Source of the DNA: an uncultured Phycisphaerales bacterium
Lineage (GTDB): Bacteria; Planctomycetota; Phycisphaerae; UBA1845; CAIVHJ01
Length of the DNA: 38,208 nt
Assembly: GCA_903905665.1 (NCBI GenBank)
Contig: CAIVHJ010000330.1
Coordinates: 1 to 38,208 of the forward strand
Direction: 5' to 3'
The position numbers and the translations under genes are program-made. Shown in pieces: positions 32,371 to 38,208 of this stretch. Below the pieces are notes generated by a model. The model did no database searches. It was given only the letters and a program-made list of their open reading frames with translations, and was not told the DNA's origin. The stretch's first letter is position 1. Every line of letters starts with the position of its first letter.

Positions 32371-33764
32371 ACGGCAATACCTCGGTTGCGCTTCTGTTGT
32401 CGTCCTTTGAACACAAAATACGCCCAGGCCCTTGGATTCTTGTATCCACGCGCCCGCCCAATCTCGAAGAGTTCTTGCATCGATTGGGCCATTCCCTGCT
32501 GCCGTCGTACCATCTTACGGGCTATCTCCGCTTGGATCTCCAAGAGTTGACCGTCTTTCTCAATGATTTCACGCGGTTTGACCGGGAAGACTTCGCCGCA
32601 ATACTTACAGACCGAGAGGCCGGACGGCATGGCGGCGAAACATTTGGGGCATATTCTAACGGAGACTCCAGCCCCTCCCTCTCCCCGAGCCCTTTGAGGT
32701 CGTCCTTCAAGGCTCCATTCGCGGTCATCGTCGGGGAGTCCGTGGCGACTCCAATTGCCAACGTGATCGAGTATGATAGCCTGATTCTTTCCTTCAAAAG
32801 GTCGCAACGCTCGACCGACCTGTTGCATAAAATATCCAAGGGATTGGGTTGGGCGCAGCAGGATTGCAGCTTCGATTGCAGGAACATCAAATCCTTCGCC
32901 AAAAATTTCGACGTTCGATAAGACTTGTATATTTCCTTTCTTAAAATTCTCAATAGCCCGGTCGCGCTCATCCTCTGGCGTTTCTCCGTCAACGTGGGCA
33001 GCGGGGATACCGGCGGCGTTGAATTGCTCCACGACATGCTTGGAATGCTGTATGGAGGCACAGAAAACAACAGCACGTCGCCCTTCACAGAGTCTCTTGT
33101 AATGCTCAATAGCGTTACCGGTGATACTCGGCCTATCGACGACAGAATTGATTTCTCGTTTTTCATAATCACCCATCCTTGTATGTATTCCTGTTAGGTC
33201 GACGTTCGATGGAGCATATAGCTTATAAGGAGAGAGGTAGCCTTGCTTGGTCAGGGTTTGGACGGTAGGCCCAACGATTAAGTTACTGAAATATGTCCCG
33301 AGTCCTTTACCGTCAAGTCTTTCAGGGGTGGCAGTAATTCCAATATGATATGAAGTTCCATACCTGGCAAAGATGTCGGACCAACTAGATGCCGCGAGGT
33401 GGTGAGCTTCATCCCAGACAATGAGGCGGGGTTCAGAAACCCGTGCAAGACGCCGTGCAAGTGTCTGCACAGATGCGAGTTGCACCCAATGGCTTCTATC
33501 TTCGGAGAATCCTGCGCTGATGATTCCATATTTTATTCCCTCCAAATCGAATGCTTGTGCTGACTGTTTGATGAGTTCCCGGCGATGGACAACGAACAGG
33601 CACCGCATCCCCTTACTGGCGGCGGTGTGGAGCATGTGAGCGGTCAATAAAGTCTTGCCGCTCCCGGTCGGAGCGGTATACAAGATCGACTTACATCCCT
33701 GGGCCATGAGTGACCGCATTTGGTTTATCGCGTCGGTTTGGTAAGGACGGAGTTGGATGGACAC
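32367..33764 (-). CDS. SF2 DEAD/DEAH-box DNA helicase (ResIII + helicase C) with C-terminal zinc ribbon
   Basis: LRPYQ, motif I APTGSGKT, motif II VWDEAHH, motif III ITATPER and motif VI QQVGRALR are present. Zinc ribbon: CPKCFAAMPSGLSVCKYCG. GTG start. Confidence 0.9.
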   Translation of the reverse strand: MSIQLRPYQTDAINQMRSLMAQGCKSILYTAPTGSGKTLLTAHMLHTAASKGMRCLFVVHRRELIKQSAQAFDLEGIKYGIISAGFSEDRSHWVQLASVQTLARRLARVSEPRLIVWDEAHHLAASSWSDIFARYGTSYHIGITATPERLDGKGLGTYFSNLIVGPTVQTLTKQGYLSPYKLYAPSNVDLTGIHTRMGDYEKREINSVVDRPSITGNAIEHYKRLCEGRRAVVFCASIQHSKHVVEQFNAAGIPAAHVDGETPEDERDRAIENFKKGNIQVLSNVEIFGEGFDVPAIEAAILLRPTQSLGYFMQQVGRALRPFEGKNQAIILDHVGNWSRHGLPDDDREWSLEGRPQRARGEGGAGVSVRICPKCFAAMPSGLSVCKYCGEVFPVKPREIIEKDGQLLEIQAEIARKMVRRQQGMAQSMQELFEIGRARGYKNPRAWAYFVFKGRQQKRNRGIAV

Positions 33765-33770
33765 CCGCCC

Positions 33771-33799
33771 ATATTACTTTTCTCTTGCAAGCGTGTCAA
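33771..33799 (-). promoter_or_regulatory. Predicted promoter of the replication arm: TTGACA-17-TAATAT (minus strand)
   Basis: -35 at 33799-33794 and -10 at 33776-33771. Only 6 nt separate it from the GTG start at 33764. Confidence 0.55.
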
Positions 33800-33813
33800 C
33801 TATTTGTTAGATT
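33785..33813 (+). promoter_or_regulatory. Predicted promoter of the recombination arm: TTGCAA-17-TAGATT
   Basis: -35 at 33785-33790, back-to-back with the minus-strand -35. -10 at 33808-33813. An 18-nt leader containing AAGGAG precedes ATG 33832. Confidence 0.5.
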
Positions 33814-33831
33814 ATCGCGCAAGGAGAACTT

Positions 33832-34002
33832 ATGAAACCAAAGAACCGAGATGAACTAATCGCCTTCCGGGTCAAACCCGCCGAGCGCCGATATATTGAG
33901 AGAGAGGCCGCCGAGAGAAGCCAGCGCCTTTCCGAATATATAAGGAACATGGTACTTCCGTCGGGCATTATTATTGACCACGACGGTAAGATTAAGGCTT
34001 GA
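33832..34002 (+). CDS. Ribbon-helix-helix (CopG/Arc/MobC-like) protein, 56 aa (not in ORF track)
   Basis: AAGGAG lies 7 nt before the ATG. MKPKNRDELIAFRVKPAERRYIEREAAERSQRLSEYIRNMVL fits the RHH pattern: beta-strand (IAFRV), then helices, with SEYIR typical. Confidence 0.55.
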   Translation: MKPKNRDELIAFRVKPAERRYIEREAAERSQRLSEYIRNMVLPSGIIIDHDGKIKA

Positions 34003-34028
34003 CAAACGTATAACAGATTTCCTAAGAT
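33999..34028 (+). promoter_or_regulatory. Predicted internal promoter TTGACA-18-TAAGAT just before the exonuclease gene
   Basis: -35 at 33999-34004 and -10 at 34023-34028. 6 nt (cgcccc) separate it from ATG 34035, with no SD. Confidence 0.45.
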
Positions 34029-34034
34029 CGCCCC

Positions 34035-34949
34035 ATGATCGAAACCATCCAACCCAAAGACGAGGCGCATTGGCTGTCTCTCCGCAAGCAGGATGTGACC
34101 TCAACCGAGGTCGCGGCCCTGTTTGGTATCTCTCCTTATATTACGGCCTACGAGTTATGGCATCGAAAACACGATAACTTGGACGTGGAATTTGAGGTCA
34201 ACGAGCGCATGAAGTGGGGGACGAGGTTGCAGGACTCGATAGCCGAGGGGATCGCAGAGGATTATAAATGGGCTATCCGAAAGAAAACGGAGTATTTACG
34301 TGACACCGATTTACGCGCCGGAGCCAGTTTCGATTTTGAGTGCAAGTCGCATGGGGAAGAATGGTTGCTCGAAATCAAAAACGTAGACTCATTAGCTTTC
34401 CGCGACGGATGGATCGTTGACGGCGATAATGTAGAAGCTCCGCCACATATCGAGCTACAGGTTCAGCAACAGTTGGCATTGTCGGGATTAAAGGTCGCAT
34501 TTATCGGCGCCCTTATAGGAGGAAATCGTGTCGTCCTCATCCGTCGTGAACCTGATCGCGTGGTTATTCAGTCCATCCAAAAAAGAATACGACAGTTTTG
34601 GGATTCGGTCAGAGATCATAGAGAACCACAACCAGACTTTGGACGGGATGCGGATTTCATTGCCAAGCTCTATTCTTTTGCGGAACCAGGCAAGGTCTTT
34701 AACGCAGACGATCGCGTGTCCAAACTCGCCTTCGCTTACAAGCAAGCCGGCCAGGAAGAGAAGCAAGCCAAAGAAAAAAAGGACGCCTCCAAAGCTGAAA
34801 TCCTGACCATCGTTGGCGCCGCGGAGAAAGTGGTAGGAGAGACGTTCACGATCTCGGCGGGGCTGATAGGCCCTTGCCACATGGACTATGACAGGCCGGG
34901 ATATAGGAACTTTAAAGTCAATTTCAAAAAGGAGAAACCCAATGCCTGA
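34035..34949 (+). CDS. YqaJ-type viral recombinase exonuclease (lambda Exo-like PD-(D/E)xK)
   Basis: HWLSLRKQDVTSTEVAALFGISPYITAYELWHRK matches the YqaJ N-terminal pattern. It is followed directly by recT, the classical Exo/RecT pair. Confidence 0.85.
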   Translation: MIETIQPKDEAHWLSLRKQDVTSTEVAALFGISPYITAYELWHRKHDNLDVEFEVNERMKWGTRLQDSIAEGIAEDYKWAIRKKTEYLRDTDLRAGASFDFECKSHGEEWLLEIKNVDSLAFRDGWIVDGDNVEAPPHIELQVQQQLALSGLKVAFIGALIGGNRVVLIRREPDRVVIQSIQKRIRQFWDSVRDHREPQPDFGRDADFIAKLYSFAEPGKVFNADDRVSKLAFAYKQAGQEEKQAKEKKDASKAEILTIVGAAEKVVGETFTISAGLIGPCHMDYDRPGYRNFKVNFKKEKPNA

Positions 34950-35736
34950 ATCCAAGAAAATCACCGCCCAAGACGAAGTGTGCCTTGCCTTAACACAAGC
35001 CGAGCCGACGTTTAAGATGAGTCTACCGCCCCAGATACCGTCGCAGAAGTTTATTCGAGTCGCCCAAACCGCAATCAGGCAGAACCCTGGACTCGCATCT
35101 CTTGATCGCCAGAGTCTATATGCGGCCTTTCATAAATGCGCTGCCGATGGCCTCTTGCCAGATGGACGGGAAGCGGCGATTGTTCCGTTCGGGCAGACGG
35201 CGACATATATGCCGATGATCCAAGGTATTTGTAAGAAAGCGAGGAACTCCGGTGAAATCAAAACAATCAACGCCCAAATCGTCTACAAGAACGACGCTTA
35301 CGAACATTGGATCGACGAGTCGGGCGAGCATTTCAAACATGTCCCGGCTCGTGGCGACCGCGGAGAGGTTCTTTTAGTCTATGCTTTCTGCCAAACAAAA
35401 GACGACGGTGTGTTCTTTGAAGAACTCAGTATGGATGACATCGCCGCCATCGAGAAGATGTCCAAGCAAAAAGGCGGCCCGTGGTCCGGCCCCTTCCGCA
35501 CGGAGATGATGAGGAAAAGCGCGATTCGGCGCCTCTTGAAATACCGCGTTCCTTCCAGTACAGACGTGGACGACATCATCCGTGAAAATGACGAACCTCT
35601 AGAGCCAGTCCCGCCGGCGCCTGTTAAACCCGCAGAGACTACATCATCCAGATTACGTGATGTTGTTGCGACGACAGCGGAGCCCGTGGGACAAGAATCC
35701 GATGACGTTGCCGCCAGAGAAGAACTGCCGTTATGA
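34942..35736 (+). CDS. recT: RecT-family single-strand annealing protein
   Basis: GGAGA SD before ATG 34942 (MPESKKIT...). RecT-like blocks: FIRVAQTAIRQNPGL, ADGLLPDGREAAIVPFG, MIQGICKKARNSGEIKTINAQIVYKNDAYEH, GPWSGPFRTEMMRKSAIRRLLKY. Confidence 0.85.
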   Translation: MPESKKITAQDEVCLALTQAEPTFKMSLPPQIPSQKFIRVAQTAIRQNPGLASLDRQSLYAAFHKCAADGLLPDGREAAIVPFGQTATYMPMIQGICKKARNSGEIKTINAQIVYKNDAYEHWIDESGEHFKHVPARGDRGEVLLVYAFCQTKDDGVFFEELSMDDIAAIEKMSKQKGGPWSGPFRTEMMRKSAIRRLLKYRVPSSTDVDDIIRENDEPLEPVPPAPVKPAETTSSRLRDVVATTAEPVGQESDDVAAREELPL

Positions 35737-35837
35737 AGTGGTGGAAGATGGTTGCAAATATACTAGCGATCCTTTTACTCCCAGTCCTCCTCCCCTTGGC
35801 GTTCTTTTTGGAGTGGGTGAGGGGGCGTTGTAATTGA
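35733..35837 (+). CDS. Micro-ORF, 34 aa, single TM helix (not in ORF track)
   Basis: ATGA-coupled to the recT stop. Translation: MKWWKMVANILAILLLPVLLPLAFFLEWVRGRCN. Confidence 0.4.
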   Translation: MKWWKMVANILAILLLPVLLPLAFFLEWVRGRCN

Positions 35838-35840
35838 CCC

Positions 35841-35966
35841 ATGACCGACTTTGAGTGGTTCATTAAAGTGTGCGACTGGGAATTTGATCATTTGGAAGAA
35901 CGCACCGATCGCCTGGACTTTTGCATCTGGCAAGCGATCATAGCGCGGTTGAAAGGGTGGGCGTGA
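35841..35966 (+). CDS. Micro-ORF, 41 aa, ending ...ARLKGWA (not in ORF track)
   Basis: Translation: MTDFEWFIKVCDWEFDHLEERTDRLDFCIWQAIIARLKGWA. No clear SD. It starts 3 nt after the previous stop. Confidence 0.35.
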   Translation: MTDFEWFIKVCDWEFDHLEERTDRLDFCIWQAIIARLKGWA

Positions 35967-36097
35967 TGATTGAGATTCTAGAATCTGCGTCAAGGTATGG
36001 AAATTGGCAAGTGTATTCCTTTAAAAATGAAGATCGCGACTCCATATTTAAGGCTGTTCGAGAGCAGGTGATCGCTCAACTGATGGGTTGGGCGTGA
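35966..36097 (+). CDS. Micro-ORF, 43 aa, ending ...AQLMGWA (not in ORF track)
   Basis: The ATG overlaps the previous TGA (TGATG), with GGGTGGG upstream. Translation: MIEILESASRYGNWQVYSFKNEDRDSIFKAVREQVIAQLMGWA. The C-terminus is similar to that of the preceding micro-ORF. Confidence 0.4.
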   Translation: MIEILESASRYGNWQVYSFKNEDRDSIFKAVREQVIAQLMGWA

Positions 36098-36130
36098 CGA
36101 CTTATCGACGAATGAAAAGGAGAGACGACT

Positions 36131-37069
36131 ATGTGTAAGTTTTTCAGCGCCGTCAGTGACGGAAAAGGCCGTGTTGAGTTTTTTAAATTGGAAGATATCG
36201 TGAGGATCATGTCCTCCGGCAATCCTGAAGGGTACGATTTTAACAGTCACACCAGCATCCTGCACTCGCTCGGGATTAAAGGCAAAGACGAAGATGTCTG
36301 GAATAAGTGGGAGTATGAACCGGAAACGAAAACGCTGACGATCGATGGGGCTATTCATGCTGACGATTCGGTGGAGGTTCAGAAAAAATTAGACGGTTTT
36401 TTTGTCGGGAAAGGTATCGGTTATTTGAGGAATCTGTACAACCGGAACTCGGGCTACGGGAACTCGGGCGACTGGAACTCGGGCGGCGGGAACTCGGGCT
36501 ACTGGAACTCGGGCAACGGGAACTCGGGCAACTGTAACTCGGGCAACTGTAACTCGGGCAGCGGGAACTCGGGCGACTGGAACTCGGGCAACCGGAACTC
36601 GGGCTGCGGGAACTCGGGCGACAGGAACTCGGGCTACGGGAACTCGGGCGACTGGAACTCGGGCGGCGGGAACTCGGGCGACTGGAACTCGGGCAACTGT
36701 AACTCGGGCAGCGGGAACTCGGGCAACTGGAACTCGGGCTACGGGAACTCGGGCAACGGGATTCTAAATTCCTTCTGCACAAAACGCCAATGGATGCTGT
36801 TTGACAAACCCTGCACGAAAGAACAATATGAAAAGATAGACGCTCTCGATTGGTCGTGGTTTTTTATTAATCGGTGGGTCAGTGAATCCGACATGAGCGA
36901 TCAAGAGAAAAAGGACCATCCGTCATTCAAGACATGCAGCGGCTATCTGAAAACCATTGACTACAAAGAGGCGTTCAAAGCGTGTCCGGAATCGTTTATT
37001 GATGCGGTTAAGAAACTCAAGAATTTCGACAAGAAGAAGTTTAAAGAGATATCCGGACTAGAGGTCTGA
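36131..37069 (+). CDS. Pentapeptide-type repeat protein, 312 aa (21 x [x-x-N-S-G]) flanked by N- and C-terminal globular domains
   Basis: AAAGGAGAG SD upstream. N-domain: MCKFFSAVSDGKG...NSHTSILHSLGIKGKDEDVWNKWEYEPETKTLTIDG. The repeats span aa 104-208 (NRNSG YGNSG DWNSG GGNSG ...). The C-domain is rich in W/F/K. Confidence 0.85.
   Translation: MCKFFSAVSDGKGRVEFFKLEDIVRIMSSGNPEGYDFNSHTSILHSLGIKGKDEDVWNKWEYEPETKTLTIDGAIHADDSVEVQKKLDGFFVGKGIGYLRNLYNRNSGYGNSGDWNSGGGNSGYWNSGNGNSGNCNSGNCNSGSGNSGDWNSGNRNSGCGNSGDRNSGYGNSGDWNSGGGNSGDWNSGNCNSGSGNSGNWNSGYGNSGNGILNSFCTKRQWMLFDKPCTKEQYEKIDALDWSWFFINRWVSESDMSDQEKKDHPSFKTCSGYLKTIDYKEAFKACPESFIDAVKKLKNFDKKKFKEISGLEV
36440..36760 (+). repeat. 15-bp coding tandem repeat, 21 units, invariant core AACTCGGGC
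   Basis: Read directly from the sequence. A 48-nt block (ggctacgggaactcgggcgactggaactcgggcggcgggaactcgggc) recurs exactly 180 nt apart (from 36452 and 36632). The block caactgtaactcgggcagcgggaactcgggc recurs 150 nt apart. Confidence 0.95.
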
Positions 37070-37315
37070 CTATGGCTATTTTGCCCTTGTCCAAGCCTAC
37101 AATTCGGGCGATCATCCAGGCGTGGCGGGACCAAGGGCAGTTTAATTTGACCCTCTGTTGAGCGCGGTGCGGGCTCCGGGGAACCATGGATTAACCGGAG
37201 ACACTGCCCGAAAGGTTCGCAACCTGAGAGGGTCTTAATTTTCGGGCGGTGCGGAGTGAAAGCCTCCATCTTGAGAGAAATCTGGCCGCCGCCCATAATT
37301 TCGAGAGGAGGAACC

Positions 37316-37657
37316 ATGACTCCAAAACAGAGAGGGGAGAAGATAAAAGAGGGATTATTCCCACGTGCACAGCTAACTCCATTGCAAGTAAATTACATCG
37401 TCACCCAGATCGAGGAAGCGGAGCGGGAAGCCGTGGGAGACGCCGAGGAAAATCATCATAAAAGCGTAGCGGTTGGGATGGATGTTCAGAAAGGTTTTGA
37501 GAATGAGGAGCAAGCCTACGCCTCCGGGTTCAAGGCGGCGATAGAGAAAGCGGCGGGGATTGCGGTGTCGATGGGGCCTATGAAAGGTTCTGAAAATGAC
37601 GGTATGGTTTATTGTCTTGATGTAGCCGACCGCATCCTCAAAATGGAGGTCCAATGA
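37316..37657 (+). CDS. Hypothetical protein, 113 aa
   Basis: GAGGAGG lies 5 nt before ATG 37316 (MTPKQRGEKIKEG...). The track start 37256 lacks an SD. Confidence 0.65.
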   Translation: MTPKQRGEKIKEGLFPRAQLTPLQVNYIVTQIEEAEREAVGDAEENHHKSVAVGMDVQKGFENEEQAYASGFKAAIEKAAGIAVSMGPMKGSENDGMVYCLDVADRILKMEVQ

Positions 37658-37872
37658 GCGTGTTCACCGACGAGGATCTTAAGCGGTTGAAGAAGGACAT
37701 AAAAGAAGCAGAGGAAGAAGCGATACGATTCTCGGCCTCTATGCGGTTAGATGCACAGAAAGCTCTCCTCGCCCGTCTAGAAGCGGCGGAAGCTGTAGCT
37801 TCTTACGCTAACTATGACGAAGTTCCGGAAACGATCAAAGAAGCCTGGCGCAAGGCGGCGGGCCGTGAGTAG
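37654..37872 (+). CDS. Hypothetical coiled-coil protein, 72 aa
   Basis: ATGA-coupled. DLKRLKKDIKEAEEEA...ALLARLEAAEAV is a recurrent small phage protein motif. Confidence 0.65.
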   Translation: MSVFTDEDLKRLKKDIKEAEEEAIRFSASMRLDAQKALLARLEAAEAVASYANYDEVPETIKEAWRKAAGRE

Positions 37873-37937
37873 AGACGCTCTTTACTTTTTCGGGTGATGG
37901 GGCGTTGTGATTGACAGAAAATTGAAAAGGAGATCGA

Positions 37938-38208
37938 ATGAAAAACAAAAAGACGGTTATCGTGAGGACGTATTCGGCGGGCGTGTTCATGGGGGACTTG
38001 GTTTCGCGCAAGGGGCAAGAAGTTGTTTTGGCCAATGCTCGGCGTATCTGGTACTGGGCTGGCGCGGCGTCACTTAGCCAGTTGGCGATGGAAGGAACGT
38101 CCAATCCAAGTGCTTGTAAATTCCCATGCCCGGTGGATCGAGTAGAGCTTTTGCAAGCGGTAGAAATTTTGGACGTTACCCCGAAAGCGAAAGCGTCGAT
38201 TGATGGAG
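37938..38208 (+). CDS. Hypothetical protein, 3'-truncated by the window edge (not in ORF track)
   Basis: AAAAGGAG lies 5 nt before ATG 37938. Translation: MKNKKTVIVRTYSAGVFMGDLVSRKGQEVVLANARRIWYWAGAASLSQLAMEGTS...; the frame is open to the last base. I recall this RIWYWxGAxSLSQLA pattern from conserved phage hypotheticals. Confidence 0.6.
   Translation, partial: MKNKKTVIVRTYSAGVFMGDLVSRKGQEVVLANARRIWYWAGAASLSQLAMEGTSNPSACKFPCPVDRVELLQAVEILDVTPKAKASIDG

Larger units (their letters stand above)
1..38208. mobile_element. Tailed-phage (Caudoviricetes) genome segment, podovirus-like gene order; lytic versus prophage status undetermined
   Basis: Contiguous terminase, portal, scaffold, HK97-fold capsid, tail-collar fibre, holin-like gene, VirE primase, SF2 helicase, VRR-NUC, YqaJ exonuclease and RecT. 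No host housekeeping genes, integrase or att site seen. Confidence 0.85.

Noticed and set aside
30846-33639. Plus-strand ORFs inside the primase and helicase genes (e.g. 31555..32106, 32397..32921) and the alternative-frame minus ORF 32522..33172
   Set aside because: They are nested within CDSs that carry unambiguous VirE and SF2 helicase motifs. They have no SDs and low-complexity translations.
33807-34104. Two minus-strand ORFs (87 and 82 aa) between the helicase and exonuclease genes
   Set aside because: They lie upstream of the minus-strand promoter and start, and lack SDs. The plus strand here has a promoter, AAGGAG + ATG and a convincing RHH-type 56-aa protein.
35639-36358. Three minus-strand ORFs (74, 72, 122 aa) downstream of recT
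   Set aside because: They run against the arm direction, have no SDs, and overlap the SD-led start of the pentapeptide-repeat gene. The coupled plus-strand micro-ORFs explain the region better.
36440-36760. Possible CRISPR array or non-coding satellite
   Set aside because: The units are 15 bp with no spacers and lie in-frame inside a 312-aa ORF. They are far too short and contiguous for CRISPR.
36351-36782. 143-aa minus-strand ORF (SSRSPSSSCPSS...) opposite the pentapeptide repeat
   Set aside because: It is the mirror image of the 15-bp coding repeat. The plus-strand frame has a strong SD and flanking non-repetitive domains; the antisense frame has neither.
37812-38104. Two minus-strand ORFs (68 and 89 aa) at the right edge
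   Set aside because: They are opposite an SD-led plus-strand ORF (37938 onward) that has a conserved-looking sequence and fits the arm direction.

Overview
This 38.2-kb window reads as a near-complete genome, or the interior, of a tailed dsDNA phage. I found no rRNA, tRNA, CRISPR array, transposase or integrase. There are four transcription arms. (i) A ~25.6-kb minus-strand late arm (25654 -> 1) has tightly coupled genes with many ATGA/TAATG stop-start overlaps. It encodes an HTH/small-terminase-like protein, large terminase, portal, scaffold, an SU10/DUF5309-type major capsid protein and a SAM-methyltransferase + glycosyltransferase pair. It also encodes unassigned virion proteins, a tail-collar-domain fibre, three large internal-protein-like genes, a 1121-aa fibre-like protein, a DUF2341/LamG protein and a small holin-like membrane protein. 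(ii) A plus-strand early arm (26107-29923) carries about 15 small genes of unknown function, several below the 60-aa cutoff of the ORF track. (iii) A minus-strand replication arm (33764 -> 30435) encodes an SF2 helicase, a VRR-NUC nuclease and a VirE-type primase/helicase. (iv) A plus-strand arm (33832 -> right edge) encodes an RHH protein, a YqaJ-type exonuclease, RecT, micro-ORFs, a protein with 21 pentapeptide-type repeats and further small genes. I recognised no tail tube, sheath or tape-measure gene, so a podovirus-like virion is the best guess. The items most worth follow-up are listed here. (1) The early xxNSG pentapeptide-repeat protein is a candidate DNA mimic, and its repeat core is invariant at the nucleotide level. 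(2) A glycosyltransferase/methyltransferase cassette sits directly behind the capsid gene, and the late arm also encodes very Ser/Thr-rich proteins. (3) Three large late proteins carry Sec-type signal-peptide-like N-termini, and one of them sits in an island between the HTH/TerS-like gene and terL. (4) The 450-bp divergent control region is packed with GTTAC iterons, a 9-bp tandem repeat, CATATG boxes and an AT-rich core. (5) Near-consensus promoters lie 6-9 nt from the first start codon of three operons, which suggests leaderless mRNAs. (6) A paralogous family of small CGC...CPLHS early proteins is present. All functional calls come from motif recognition by eye and synteny. No database search or structure prediction was possible.
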